DNA of 61,713 bases, the filler included. It is 5 parts of 5 records of this genome, joined end to end, with 100 filler letters (N's around TTAATTAATTAA, not from the genome) between each part and the next. Parts side by side here need not be neighbours in the genome. Positions count along the whole stretch, not along the records: positions 8,822 to 19,524 come from SRR20825010_2365; 4 more parts are not named here. One strand, given 5' to 3'. Each line of letters opens with the position of its first letter. The stretch's first letter is position 1. This document shows, piece by piece, positions 9,195-19,624 of the stretch. The position numbers and the translations under genes are program-made. Below the pieces are notes generated by a model, which searched no databases, was not told where the DNA came from, and saw only the letters and a program-made list of their open reading frames with translations.

Positions 9195-10763
9195 CTAGAA
9201 ATCCGTAGGCGCACCGCCCTCTCGGATACGGCGCTCGACGAACTCGTTAAGCTCGTCGCGAATTGCTTCCTCCATCGGCGGAAGCTCGTACATGGCAAGC
9301 CGCTCCTTCCAGAGCCGGTTGGCGTGATCGATCGCGGTGGGAGAGCCGGCCTGCGCCCAGGTCTCGTAATTGCGCCAGTCCGAGATGATGGGAGAATAAA
9401 AGGCCGTCTTGTAACGCGCCTGTGTGTGCGGGGAGCCAAAGAAATGTCCGCCTGGGCCGACATCGCGGATGGCATCGACACCAAGCGCGTCTTCCGACAG
9501 ATCGAGCGGTTGCAGAAACTCGGCCACCATCTGCAGCAGGTCGATGTCGAGCATCATCTTTTCATAGGAGCAGCACAGCCCGCCTTCGAGCCAGCCGGCG
9601 GCATGTTTGACCATGTTTGCGCCGCCCTGAATGACACCCCAGAGCGAAAAAGTACTTTCATAGGCGGCCTGCGCATCGACCGTATTGGCGGCACAGACAT
9701 TGGAGCTCCGATAGGGGATGCCGTAGCGCCGGGCGAGCTGTCCTCCCAGAAGCTGGGCTTTCATGTATTCGGGCGTGCCGAAAGCCGGCGCCCCGGAGCG
9801 CATGTCGACATTCGACGTGAAGCCGCCATAGCCGACGGGAGCGCCCTTGCGGACCATCTGCGCAAAGGCGATTGCGGCAAGAGCCTCGGCATTCTGCTCG
9901 ACCACGCCACCGGCGATGGTGACTGGGGCCATCGCGCCAGCCAGTGTGAAGGGTGTGATGATGACGGCCTGTCCGTGGCGGCTCATCTGGATGATGCCTT
10001 CCATCATCGGTACGTCGAGCCTGAGTGGCGAGTTGGTGTTGATGATGGTGAAACAGGATACCTCGTTGGCAAACTGCTCGGCGCTGACCCCGCGAACGAT
10101 CCGGGCAATTTCCAGACCGTCGAGATTGCGTTCACGCCCCAGCGAATAGATGTGGAAGGCCTTGTCGGTCAGGGTGGCGATGTCGCGCAGGCACTCCAGG
10201 TGCCGGGTGGAGGGGTGAATGTCGATGGGTTCGACCGGATAGCCCCCCTGACACTGGATGATGTTGTGCATCTGCGAGAGCTTGATGAAATTCCGAAAAT
10301 CCTCCTGATTGCCCGGTCTGCGGCCGCGGTCGAGATCGGAGCAATTGGGCGCGGACGCCATCTGCGCGAGAATGAGGCTGTTGCCGCCCATATGGAGATT
10401 ATGCGCCGGGTTGCGTGCGTGGACCTCGAACTCGGATGGGCAATGAGCGATGTAGTCGAGGATCAAAGCGGGATCGAAATGAACGCGCTGGGTATCGGCG
10501 CGCACATCGGCGCCATGGGCTTTCATGATCGCGCGCGCTTCGTCATGAAGAACCTCGACGCCGATCTCGCTCAACACGCGTAGCGAGGCCAGATGTATGG
10601 CTTCAAGCTGGTCTTCAGAAACGATGCGCGTGGGCTCGAACGGGTTGACCAGGCGACGAAAAGGGGGCTGTTCGAAATGTGACGTGCTGGCGCGCTTTGC
10701 GGCACGCCCGCCGCGCCTCGAGCGGGCGGAGCCGGGATCAGCGGTTGCGAGGTCCTGCGTCAT
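9195..10763 (-). CDS. trimethylamine methyltransferase family protein (MttB superfamily, no pyrrolysine)
   Basis: IHLASLRVLSEIG, NTNSPLRLD, TPFTLAGAMAPVT, SNVDMRSGAPAFGTPE, HAAGWLEGGL, VGPGGHFFG; no in-frame amber codon. Confidence 0.92.
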   Translation of the reverse strand: MTQDLATADPGSARSRRGGRAAKRASTSHFEQPPFRRLVNPFEPTRIVSEDQLEAIHLASLRVLSEIGVEVLHDEARAIMKAHGADVRADTQRVHFDPALILDYIAHCPSEFEVHARNPAHNLHMGGNSLILAQMASAPNCSDLDRGRRPGNQEDFRNFIKLSQMHNIIQCQGGYPVEPIDIHPSTRHLECLRDIATLTDKAFHIYSLGRERNLDGLEIARIVRGVSAEQFANEVSCFTIINTNSPLRLDVPMMEGIIQMSRHGQAVIITPFTLAGAMAPVTIAGGVVEQNAEALAAIAFAQMVRKGAPVGYGGFTSNVDMRSGAPAFGTPEYMKAQLLGGQLARRYGIPYRSSNVCAANTVDAQAAYESTFSLWGVIQGGANMVKHAAGWLEGGLCCSYEKMMLDIDLLQMVAEFLQPLDLSEDALGVDAIRDVGPGGHFFGSPHTQARYKTAFYSPIISDWRNYETWAQAGSPTAIDHANRLWKERLAMYELPPMEEAIRDELNEFVERRIREGGAPTDF

Positions 10764-11110
10764 GGGCATCCTTCGTGACTGCTGCACATTCTCGATGATG
10801 GAGCCAAGATCGGCGGGATACGGCAGGGCTGGCGACCTGTAGCGTCAGAGATGCGACATATTCGCCGCCGCGCGGGTGGGGCGGTACGGGCAATCCTGCT
10901 TGAACAGCGCAGTCGTCTGCGGCTAGAGTCGCCTCATGAAGCACCGTGCGACCCACGAACATGGCATCTTGCCGGCGACCAAACCGTCGCCGCGTACGCG
11001 GCACGCGGAATTGCTGCGGCTTTGTGCGCGCATCGGATATTCGCCTCCGGCTTCTGTTTGAACGAGGTTCCGGCGTTGCCGGATCATTTCAAGCAGGAGA
11101 GGCCAAACTC

Positions 11111-12490
11111 ATGACCTATCAGAATTTTTCGCTGAAGCAGCTTCAGACAATGGACGCTGCGCACCATTTGCATCCATTCACCGACCACAAGGATTTGCGG
11201 GCCGCCGGTTCACGCATCATCACCCGTGCCGATGGGCCTTTCGTCTATGACATGGAGGGCAACGAGATCCTCGACGGGATGGCCGGCCTTTGGTGCGTGA
11301 ACATTGGCTACGGGCGCGATGAGCTGGCCGAAGTGGCCTATGAACAGATGAAGGAGTTGCCATATTACAATTCCTTCTTTCGCTGCTCGACGCCTTCACC
11401 GGTGCTGCTTTCGCAGAAGCTGGCGGAGATCGCGCCGGAGAACATCAATCAGGTCTTTTACGGGTCGTCCGGCTCGGAAGCCAATGACACGGCGCTGCGG
11501 CTGGTGCGGCATTATTGGGCACTTGAGGGCAAGCCGGAAAAGAACCGCATCATTTCGCGCAACTGGGCCTATCACGGCTCCACCGTTGCGGCGACGTCGC
11601 TTGGCGGCATGGGGGCCATGCACGGGCAGCTCTATGGCGCCGTGCCGAACATCGACCACGTGATGCCGCCCTATGCGTTTGATCTGAGGGAAGCGGGCGA
11701 GAGCGACCATGATTTCGGATTGCGCGCAGCCAAGGCAGTTGAGGATGCAATCCTCGCGGCTGGGCCGGAGCACGTTGCAGCCTTCATCGGTGAGCCGGTG
11801 ATGGGCGCGGGCGGCGTCAAGATCCCGCCGGAAAGCTACTGGCCGGAGATCGACCGCATCTGCCGGAAATATGACGTGCTCTTGATGCTGGACGAGGTGA
11901 TCACCGGCTATGGCCGTACGGGCGAGTGGTTTGCTGCCAGGCGGCTCGGTCTTCAGCCAGACACGATCACGACAGCCAAGGCCCTGACGTCCGGATATCA
12001 GCCGCTTTCAGCACTTCTGGTTGGTGATCGGATTGCCGAAACGCTGGTCAAAAAGGGCGGAGAGTTCTTCCATGGCTACACCTATTCGGGGCATCCGGTA
12101 GCCTGTGCGGTGGCGCTGAAGAACCTGGAAATCATCGAGCGGGAAGGGCTGGTAGAGCGTGTGCGCACCGACACTGGCCCTTATCTCGCCGAAGCATTGC
12201 AGGCGCGCCTCGGCGACCATGGTATTGTCGGCGAAGTGCGTTCCTTCGGCCTTATGGCGGCAATCGAGATCGTCTCGGGCAAGGAAGCCCGCAAACGTTT
12301 TCCCGGTGAAGGGGCCGCCGCTTCATGCGTGCGCGACCACGCTATCGCGGGCGGCATGATGATGCGGGCCGTTGGAGACACGATGATCCTGTCACCACCC
12401 TTGATCTGGACGCGCGAAACCATCGACATGGCCTGCGACCGTATTTCTGTGGCATTGGATAAGGCCGAAGCGGAGCTTCGTAAAAGCTGA
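11111..12490 (+). CDS. class III PLP aminotransferase (SpuC/putrescine:pyruvate-like)
   Basis: DAAHHLHPF, DGMAGLWCVNIGYGR, SGSEAND, YHGST, FIGEPV, DEVITGYGRTG, AKALTSGY; GGAGAGG RBS. Confidence 0.92.
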   Translation: MTYQNFSLKQLQTMDAAHHLHPFTDHKDLRAAGSRIITRADGPFVYDMEGNEILDGMAGLWCVNIGYGRDELAEVAYEQMKELPYYNSFFRCSTPSPVLLSQKLAEIAPENINQVFYGSSGSEANDTALRLVRHYWALEGKPEKNRIISRNWAYHGSTVAATSLGGMGAMHGQLYGAVPNIDHVMPPYAFDLREAGESDHDFGLRAAKAVEDAILAAGPEHVAAFIGEPVMGAGGVKIPPESYWPEIDRICRKYDVLLMLDEVITGYGRTGEWFAARRLGLQPDTITTAKALTSGYQPLSALLVGDRIAETLVKKGGEFFHGYTYSGHPVACAVALKNLEIIEREGLVERVRTDTGPYLAEALQARLGDHGIVGEVRSFGLMAAIEIVSGKEARKRFPGEGAAASCVRDHAIAGGMMMRAVGDTMILSPPLIWTRETIDMACDRISVALDKAEAELRKS

Positions 12491-12504
12491 CGATCCAACA
12501 AGGA

Positions 12505-12542
12505 AAAACCGCGTGTCTTCGGGCGGGAAGAGACGCGGTTTT
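12505..12542. terminator. intrinsic terminator, probably bidirectional
   Basis: AAAACCGCGTGTCTTC-GGGCGG-GAAGAGACGCGGTTTT between convergent genes. Confidence 0.75.
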
Positions 12543-12728
12543 ACATCACTCGAATACTTCTCTTCGCCATTACGCAACACTGCGAAGAGTTCCCGTACCG
12601 GTACGCGAGACCTGATCCGGCGTCGGGGAGGCTTCAAAGCCGCCTCGACGTCATTTCTAGCCGCTCATGGTTACCGGGAAGTTAGCGCGAAGTATAAAAT
12701 CGCTTTTTTTTGCCGGCATTCTATATTT

Positions 12729-13613
12729 TCAGCTTTGCTTGCCGCGCAGGAAATTGATGATCCCGGAGAAATCGGAGCCTTCGTGCCCCATGGCGTTGAA
12801 CAGCGTATAGAGCTGGGTGGCCTCCGCGCCGAGCGGAGTGGCAGCGCCGGCGCTCTGGGCGGCTTCCTGTGCCAGTTTCAGATCCTTGAGCATCAAGGCT
12901 GCCGCAAAGCCTGGCTTGTAATCGCGGTTGGCCGGGGAGGCAGGCACCGGACCAGGCACGGGACAATAGCTTGTCAGAGACCAGCACTGGCCCGAGGATG
13001 TGGAGGCCACGTCAAACAGCGCCTGATGGGAAAGGCCGAGCTTCTCGGCCAGAACGAAGGCTTCGCCCACGGCGATCATCGAAATGCCGAGGATCATGTT
13101 GTTGCAGATTTTCGCGGCCTGACCGGCGCCGCCATCACCGCAATGGACGACGCGCCCCGCCATCGGTTCGAGAATCGGACTGGCCCTGGCGAATGCGTCC
13201 GCCGAGCCGCCGGCCATGAAGGTGAGGGTGCCTGCTTCCGCTCCGCCCACGCCGCCGGACACCGGCGCGTCTATGGAAAGAAGCCCGTGCTCGGAGGCAA
13301 TGTCATGCGCCTTGCGGGCTGACTCCACATCGATGGTGGAGGAATCGATCAGGAGCGCACCCTTGCGGGCCTTCGCAGCAATGTCGGCATAGACGGACAG
13401 CACGTGTTTGCCGGCAGGCAGCATGGTGATAACGACGTCCGCATCCTTCACCGCCGCCGCGGCACTGGCCATGACCGTGACGCCGTTTCGCGTGGCGGTT
13501 TCAAGATTTTCCGTGACAAGGTCGAAACCCAGTACCGTATGCCCTGCCTTGACGAGATTGGCGGCCATGGGGTTGCCCATATTGCCGAGACCGATGAATG
13601 CGATGCTTGCCAT
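12729..13613 (-). CDS. mmsB: 3-hydroxyisobutyrate dehydrogenase
   Basis: FIGLGNMGNPMA, DSSTID, DAPVSGG, AKICNNM, SSGQCWS..YCPVPG. Confidence 0.95.
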   Translation of the reverse strand: MASIAFIGLGNMGNPMAANLVKAGHTVLGFDLVTENLETATRNGVTVMASAAAAVKDADVVITMLPAGKHVLSVYADIAAKARKGALLIDSSTIDVESARKAHDIASEHGLLSIDAPVSGGVGGAEAGTLTFMAGGSADAFARASPILEPMAGRVVHCGDGGAGQAAKICNNMILGISMIAVGEAFVLAEKLGLSHQALFDVASTSSGQCWSLTSYCPVPGPVPASPANRDYKPGFAAALMLKDLKLAQEAAQSAGAATPLGAEATQLYTLFNAMGHEGSDFSGIINFLRGKQS

Positions 13614-13654
13614 ATATTCCTCCCGGGAGCGGCGATGCGGTTTCGGCGGCGGGA

Positions 13655-14824
13655 TCAGCTCCGGCCGACCAGATGCCTTGCAATGATGAGGCGCATGATC
13701 TCGTTGGTGCCTTCGAGAATCTGGTGAACGCGCAGGTCGCGCACCAGTTTTTCGACGCCGTATTCATGTAGATATCCATAACCGCCATGCAGCTGGAGCG
13801 CGTCGTTGGCGATTTCGAAACAGGTGTCGGTGACGAACCGCTTGGCCATGGCCGACCATTTTGAGGCGTCCGATGTCTTGGCGTCCAGCTTGGCTGCAGC
13901 GGTGTAGAGCATCATCCGTGAGGCCTGCAGATTGGTTTCCATGTCGGCAAGCTTGAACTGGAGCGCCTGAAAGCGATTGATAGACTGGCCGAACGCCTCG
14001 CGTTCGCTCGTGTAGGCAAGGGCCTTGTCGAGCGCGGATTGGGCGCCACCCAGCGAACAGGCGGCGATGTTGAGACGCCCGCCATCAAGCCCGGCCATGG
14101 CAATGCCGAAGCCGGCGCCCTCATTGGACAGAAGGTTTTCGGCAGGCACCTTACAGTCCTCGAAGATCACCTGGCGGGTCGGCTGCATGTGCCAGCCCAT
14201 TTTGAACTCGGCCGGGCCGAAGGAAAGGCCGGGCGCATCCTTTGGGACGACGACCGTGGAAACGCCCTTGGGACCGTCTTCGCCGGTGCGCACCATGGCG
14301 ACATAAATGTCGTTTTCGCCAGCGCCCGAAATGAACTGTTTGGTGCCGTTCAGCACGTAGTCGCCGCCGGACTTGACGGCCTTGGTCTTGAGGGCGGCGG
14401 CATCAGAGCCGGAACCGGGTTCGGTCAGGCAATAGCTTGCGAGCCATTCCATCGAGGTGAGTTTCGGCAGGAAACGCTGGCGCTGTTCCTCGTTGCCGAA
14501 TGTGTCGATCATCCATCCGGCCATGTTGTGGATGGAGATGAAAGAGGAAAAGCCCGGACAGGCGGCAGCAAGGGCCTCGAATATCAGCGCCGCGTCGAGC
14601 CGGCCGAGCGCCGAACCACCGACATCGTCGCGCACATAGATGCCGCCGAACCCCAGCGGACCGGTCTCGCGCACCACATCGGCGGGAAAATACTTTTCAC
14701 GGTCCCAGTCGAGTGCGTGCGGGGCGACGCGATCGGCGGCGAAGCTCTGCGTCATTTCCTGAATGGCGCGCTGGTCTGCGTTGAGCCCGAATTGCTCCGC
14801 AGCCTGTGAAACGCTGGCGTCCAT
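13655..14824 (-). CDS. isobutyryl-CoA dehydrogenase-like acyl-CoA dehydrogenase
   Basis: SIHNM, YCLTEPGSGSDA, GLDGGR, HGGYGY, HQILEGTNEIM; directly upstream of mmsB. Confidence 0.9.
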   Translation of the reverse strand: MDASVSQAAEQFGLNADQRAIQEMTQSFAADRVAPHALDWDREKYFPADVVRETGPLGFGGIYVRDDVGGSALGRLDAALIFEALAAACPGFSSFISIHNMAGWMIDTFGNEEQRQRFLPKLTSMEWLASYCLTEPGSGSDAAALKTKAVKSGGDYVLNGTKQFISGAGENDIYVAMVRTGEDGPKGVSTVVVPKDAPGLSFGPAEFKMGWHMQPTRQVIFEDCKVPAENLLSNEGAGFGIAMAGLDGGRLNIAACSLGGAQSALDKALAYTSEREAFGQSINRFQALQFKLADMETNLQASRMMLYTAAAKLDAKTSDASKWSAMAKRFVTDTCFEIANDALQLHGGYGYLHEYGVEKLVRDLRVHQILEGTNEIMRLIIARHLVGRS

Positions 14825-14943
14825 AACGTCCTCCCGAAATGGAATTCCTTCCCTGATCGAGCAGTTTAGTGCATTGAGTGGACCGCGCAATGCGAGGTGT
14901 GGCACAGGCGCTGTGCATCAAACGCGGTGAGGATTTAGACGGG

Positions 14944-16419
14944 ATGACCATGGCGCGCGCGATCATGCTGCAGGGTACGGGCTCGGATGTGGGCAAATCG
15001 GTGCTGGTGGCGGGGCTCTGCCGTATGGCGAAACGACGGGGGCTCAAGGTTCGCCCGTTCAAGCCGCAGAATATGTCGAACAATGCGGCCATCGCAGCTA
15101 TTCCCGGATCCAGCGAAATGGGAGAGATAGGGCGGGCGCAATGGCTGCAGGCTTTGGCCTGTGGGGTTGCGCCGACCGTGGACATGAACCCGGTGCTGAT
15201 CAAGCCGGAGAGCGACACGGGCGCGCAGCTTGTGGTGCAGGGGCAATCAAGTGGTTCGGCGCGGGCGCGTGACTATCAGCGCAGCAAGGGTGCATTGATG
15301 GCGCCTGTGATGGACTCCTTTGAGCGGTTGCGCAAGGAGGCCGACCTGGTGATTGTCGAGGGAGCCGGATCGCCGGCCGAGATCAATCTGCGCGCACGCG
15401 ACATCGCCAATATGGGCTTTGCCACGCAGGCCGATGTGCCTGTTGTTCTGGTGGGGGACATCGACCGGGGTGGGGTGATCGCGGCGCTGGCCGGCACCCA
15501 TCTCATTCTCGACGAAGCCGACCGGCGCATGATCGTCGGCTATATCGTGAACAAGTTTCGCGGCGACCTCTCGCTGTTCGATGACGGGATCGCCGCCATT
15601 CACCGGTTCACGGGCTGGCCGTCCTTCGGCGTCGTGCCGTGGCTTGCAGAAGCGCATCGGCTTCCGCCGGAGGATTCCGTCACACTGGCGCGGCGCTCGA
15701 GCCCGCTACCGGCAAAGCTCAAGGTCGCGGTGCCGATGCTTTCGCGGATCGCCAATTTTGACGATCTCGATCCGCTTTCCGCAGAACCGGAAGTGGAGGT
15801 GGTGTTCGTACCGCCGGGCGAACGGCTACCGCGCGATGCAGAATTGATCGTGCTGCCGGGGTCGAAGTCGACCATCGGCGATCTGGCGTTTCTGCGCCGT
15901 CAGGGCTGGGACGAGGATCTCAAGGCGCATCGGCAACGCGGTGGACACATTGTCGGTCTATGCGGCGGATATCAAATGCTCGGCCGTAGCGTCGAGGATC
16001 CGGAAGGGTTTGAGGGAACGGCAGGCCGTGTCGAGGGGCTCGGGCTGCTTGATGTGGAAACGGTCATGCAGCCGCAGAAGGCGCTGCGCGAGGTTGAAGC
16101 CGTCTCACGCCCATATCTGGTTTCGATCAGCGGCTATGAAATCCACATCGGCCGGACCTTTGGGGCCGACTGTGCCCACCCAGTCGCCATGATCGGCGAC
16201 AGGGCGGAAGGTGCCATGAGCAGGGACGGCCGGGTACTGGGAACCTATCTGCACGGGCTGTTCAGTTCCGATCCGTTTCGGGCCCACTTTCTCAGTGAGT
16301 TCGGCATACAGACCGGTGGCGCGGGTTATCGTCTACAGGTCGAAACCGCGCTCGACGACATCGCGCAAAGACTGGAGGAGCATCTCGACTGCGACGCTCT
16401 GTTGGCAGCCGCACGCTGA
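14944..16419 (+). CDS. cobQ: cobyric acid synthase
   Basis: [55 protein letters not shown]. Confidence 0.97.
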   Translation: MTMARAIMLQGTGSDVGKSVLVAGLCRMAKRRGLKVRPFKPQNMSNNAAIAAIPGSSEMGEIGRAQWLQALACGVAPTVDMNPVLIKPESDTGAQLVVQGQSSGSARARDYQRSKGALMAPVMDSFERLRKEADLVIVEGAGSPAEINLRARDIANMGFATQADVPVVLVGDIDRGGVIAALAGTHLILDEADRRMIVGYIVNKFRGDLSLFDDGIAAIHRFTGWPSFGVVPWLAEAHRLPPEDSVTLARRSSPLPAKLKVAVPMLSRIANFDDLDPLSAEPEVEVVFVPPGERLPRDAELIVLPGSKSTIGDLAFLRRQGWDEDLKAHRQRGGHIVGLCGGYQMLGRSVEDPEGFEGTAGRVEGLGLLDVETVMQPQKALREVEAVSRPYLVSISGYEIHIGRTFGADCAHPVAMIGDRAEGAMSRDGRVLGTYLHGLFSSDPFRAHFLSEFGIQTGGAGYRLQVETALDDIAQRLEEHLDCDALLAAAR

Positions 16420-16421
16420 AA

Positions 16422-16856
16422 CTATTCTGCGGTCGGGCTTTCATGCGCCTTGGGCCAGTAAGTGCCAAAACACCAGATATTGCCCTCCGGGTCGGCGCAG
16501 ATGAAATCGCGGCTGCCGTACTCCGTGTCGCGGAGACTCTGTAGGGTTTTCGCGCCGGCGTTCTTTGCCCTGGCAAAGAGCAGGTCCGTGTCGTCCACCG
16601 CCACATAAGTGGACTTTCCACCCGCCTGGCCAGCTGTTCCAACGAGATCACCATAGGCATCGGCCGCCGCTTCACCGACCATGATCATGGATGATCCAAG
16701 AGCAAGTTCGGCATGGACAATGCGACCGTCGTGCTCGTGCTGGGCGTGAACACGGAAGCCGAACGCTTTCTCTAGCCACGCGATCATGCGGGCGGCATCA
16801 CGGTACCGAAAAGTGGGATAGATGCGAGGCGCTTCAAACGAGGCGAACTGGTTCAT
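16422..16856 (-). CDS. VOC/glyoxalase-bleomycin resistance family protein
   Basis: YRDA..MIAWL..AFGF, HAEL, YGSRDF..ADPEGNIW; GGAGA RBS. Confidence 0.85.
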   Translation of the reverse strand: MNQFASFEAPRIYPTFRYRDAARMIAWLEKAFGFRVHAQHEHDGRIVHAELALGSSMIMVGEAAADAYGDLVGTAGQAGGKSTYVAVDDTDLLFARAKNAGAKTLQSLRDTEYGSRDFICADPEGNIWCFGTYWPKAHESPTAE

Positions 16857-16920
16857 GATGGTCTCCGTTTTGTTTACGCAGCAGCTTGGCAGCGACACAC
16901 TGACCCGTCTTGAAGAAATG

Positions 16921-17781
16921 TTACCGCCGATCAGCGCACCGGCGCCTCCACCCGGATGGAGTCTCGCCGCAAAACTCCAGAAAATCGCGGCTCATATGAG
17001 CCTGATCGGAAAATCCGCACTCCAGTGCAATATCGGCCCAGGAGCGCTGACCTGTCATCGCGAGGCGACGCACATGATGAAATCGCACCATGCGCGCATA
17101 GGTTTTGGGAGCAATGCCGACATTACGGCGGAATATCTCGTTGAGATGTTTACGGCTGCAATCGAGTTCGGCTGCAATCGTGGTGATGGACACTGTTCCC
17201 TGGCTTGCGGCGATGTGACCGATAGCCGTAGCGGCTTGTCGGTCGGATGGGGGCTGTTCAAGCAAGCGCCGGTAGACAAGCGTTTCGACGAGATCGAGGC
17301 GACGCTCCCAGTTGGGCTCTTCCTCCAGACGGTCACGCAATCGGTGGGCAGGCAGCCCGAGGATATCGTCCAGCGGAATCATACGGGCAGCAAGTTCACT
17401 CATGGGCACGCCGAAAAACCTGCGTGCACCGGTCGGGGTGAAGTCGACCTGAACACAGGCGCTCTCGCCACGGGAATCGATGATCGCCGGGCCGGCAAAA
17501 AGACCGGATGTGAAGCAACCGAACCGTTCATGCTGTTCCGGCACCCTGCCGAGCGCAATCGCAAAGGAGGATGAGAAACTGAAAATAAGGGGAACGGCCA
17601 GAGAGGCAGCCTCGATCTGGCGAAAGTGTCCCTTTTTCCTTTCTGCATAACCGGTAATGCCAAGCACGGCATCGCAGAACGCCGGCTGCGGACGACGGTG
17701 GCGCAGGAAAAAACAGTCAGGATCCGGCGGGAGAACCTCTGCCGCCGTGGTCAGACCCGGTAGTCCTGAACCATCATACAT
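16921..17781 (-). CDS. AraC-family transcriptional regulator
   Basis: C-terminal SRKHL...F...GIAPK..AR..RF...WADIALECGFSDQAHMSRDF..FCG.TP. Confidence 0.9.
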   Translation of the reverse strand: MYDGSGLPGLTTAAEVLPPDPDCFFLRHRRPQPAFCDAVLGITGYAERKKGHFRQIEAASLAVPLIFSFSSSFAIALGRVPEQHERFGCFTSGLFAGPAIIDSRGESACVQVDFTPTGARRFFGVPMSELAARMIPLDDILGLPAHRLRDRLEEEPNWERRLDLVETLVYRRLLEQPPSDRQAATAIGHIAASQGTVSITTIAAELDCSRKHLNEIFRRNVGIAPKTYARMVRFHHVRRLAMTGQRSWADIALECGFSDQAHMSRDFLEFCGETPSGWRRRCADRR

Positions 17782-17821
17782 CCAGGCACGATACTGCCGC
17801 CCGCCGCATCTGAAAAGACGG

Positions 17822-17992
17822 TCAGAAGCCCTTCAGCACCGCGCCTCCGGCAAGAAGAATATAAGCCAGGCTCAAGATCCAGAATGACGGGATCGGCACG
17901 AAGGAGAGGAGGTTCAACGCCGCGAGAAGCGCAATCACGGCGATCACGAGGCTGAGAAGAAAGACGAGCTTTGAGGGTGCATTGAGTGTCAT
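17822..17992 (-). CDS. 56-aa small membrane protein (below ORF-track cutoff)
   Basis: MTLNAPSKLVFLLSLVIAVIALLAALNLLSFVPIPSFWILSLAYILLAGGAVLKGF; GGGGA RBS; two hydrophobic segments. Confidence 0.7.
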   Translation of the reverse strand: MTLNAPSKLVFLLSLVIAVIALLAALNLLSFVPIPSFWILSLAYILLAGGAVLKGF

Positions 17993-18042
17993 GGGTATCC
18001 CCGGTCAGGTTTAAGCAGGGGTACGTTAAAGCTCGTCGCAAC

Positions 18043-18828
18043 TTATAGGCCAATATATCGCAGAAGCGGGTTGTTGCCGTCCATAAGAAGCCTTGTTGCC
18101 AATGCCACACAGACGAGAACCAGAAGAGGCTTGATAATACGCGCGCCCTTTTTCATTGCGAAAGCAGCACCGATCCGGGCTCCGGCAATCTGCGCCAACC
18201 CCATGATCAGCCCGACCTTCCAGGCGATGGCGCCAACTGCGGCAAACGCTGCAAAGCCGCCAACATTGGACGCGAAGTTGAGAAATTTGGTATGCGCCGT
18301 CGCCTTAAGCAGGCCCTGTCCGGCAAGGCCAACAAAAGCGAGCATGAAGAACGACCCCGTTCCCGGGCCAAATGCGCCATCGTAAAATCCCAGAAGCGGG
18401 GCAATGGTGAGACCAAACAGGAATGGTGAGATGCGTTGGGCACGATCGATATCGTTCAAATTCGGCTTGAACGCGAAATACAGCGCAACGGCTATGAGCA
18501 AAAATGGAAGCATACCACGCAACAGTTCGGCTGGCAGGACAGTGGCCACAAGCGCGCCGGCGATGGACGCGAGAAATGAGAAGATGGCGGGAAAAATCTG
18601 GCTTGAAACGCGCACGTGACCGGCTTTCGCATAGGCATAAACAGCCGCGCCGCTCCCAAACATCCCCTGCAGCTTGTTTGTACCCAGCGCAAGCACGGGC
18701 GGGAACCCGGCGAGCAGCAATGCAGGGATGGTGACCAGGCCACCGCCGCCGGCGATCGCGTCCATAAAGCCGGCAAAGAAAGCTGCCAGCGCCAGCAGCA
18801 GGAGAATTTCGAGACTTGCTTCAAACAT
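18043..18828 (-). CDS. TSUP (TauE/SafE, YfcA-like) transporter
   Basis: AGFMDAIAGGGGL, ALGTNKLQ, GFYDGAFGPGTGSF, TKFLNFASN. Confidence 0.92.
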   Translation of the reverse strand: MFEASLEILLLLALAAFFAGFMDAIAGGGGLVTIPALLLAGFPPVLALGTNKLQGMFGSGAAVYAYAKAGHVRVSSQIFPAIFSFLASIAGALVATVLPAELLRGMLPFLLIAVALYFAFKPNLNDIDRAQRISPFLFGLTIAPLLGFYDGAFGPGTGSFFMLAFVGLAGQGLLKATAHTKFLNFASNVGGFAAFAAVGAIAWKVGLIMGLAQIAGARIGAAFAMKKGARIIKPLLVLVCVALATRLLMDGNNPLLRYIGL

Positions 18829-19143
18829 ATTCAGGGGGTAGCCAGCGATGAGATGGCTTCTTGCAGCACAAGCGGATGGAGACCGCAAGGTGAATTGATG
18901 ATTGTACATGAAGCTTTGTGCTGTGGCGCTATGGATAGGGAATGAACTTGACGACGACGCGCGGCAAAGCAGTCTGGAAGTGTCCGAATTGAGCTCTGTG
19001 CCGCCGGCGGAGCTGTCTGAGAATGTTTTGCGCAGTTTTGCGGGAGCGCGGCGGCGCTTTGGTGTCGTGGTAATGGGGCAGGGAACCGGGAGAAAGCCAT
19101 GTTCGCATCGGCAGAATCCGATGCAGATGCAGGAGGGCATGCG

Positions 19144-19515
19144 ATGACAGCCGCCATGAACGCAATGGCTGCCGAAGTGCTTTTGTTGCTGCGGCTGGCT
19201 TTGACCGACGAGGCCGTGGGGCCGCGGGAGGCAGCTGTTCTGCGCCGCTTCGCCGCCAGCGCCCTTAAACTCTCCGAAGAAGAGGTCGCAGAAATCATGT
19301 CTGCGTTAGTGGACCTAACGTCGGAAGCCGAGATCATGCAGGCCAGAATGAATCTGCGACAGTTGAGCCATGCAAGGCGGCTTATCCTCGCAGAAACCCT
19401 GTTTGAACTGGCAATGCGCGATGCCGAACTCTGCTGTCGGGCCGAGCGGCTTACAACACGCGTCTGTGACGTCCTGGCACTTGGTACTGAGGAAGTCGCT
19501 CATCTCTCGCGCTGA
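19144..19515 (+). CDS. TerB-like protein (degenerate)
   Basis: LAL.D..V..RE...L and second-half motif LA..D.EL...ERL..RV..VL; GGAGG RBS. Start could be 19099. Confidence 0.55.
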   Translation: MTAAMNAMAAEVLLLLRLALTDEAVGPREAAVLRRFAASALKLSEEEVAEIMSALVDLTSEAEIMQARMNLRQLSHARRLILAETLFELAMRDAELCCRAERLTTRVCDVLALGTEEVAHLSR

Positions 19516-19524
19516 TTTGTGGAA

Positions 19525-19624
19525 NNNNNNNNNNNNNNNNNNNNNNNNNNNNNNNNNNNNNNNNNNNNTTAATTAATTAANNNNNNNNNNNNNNNNNNNN
19601 NNNNNNNNNNNNNNNNNNNNNNNN
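19525..19624. other. artificial contig linker
   Basis: N-run/TTAATTAATTAA/N-run. Confidence 0.99.

Noticed and set aside
9171-10583. 470-aa plus-strand ORF
   Set aside because: Antisense shadow of mttB caused by high-GC codon bias; no motifs.
9195-10763. Pyrrolysine recoding in mttB
   Set aside because: No in-frame TAG and no pyl genes or tRNA-Pyl.
12513-13322. 269-aa plus-strand ORF
   Set aside because: Starts inside a terminator and runs antisense to mmsB.
18829-19140. Possible cobalamin riboswitch upstream of TSUP, given nearby cobQ (AGGGAACCGG-like stretch)
   Set aside because: No CCCGCAACTGT core or B12-box found on either strand. The long N-terminal extension of the TSUP ORF is also treated as spurious.
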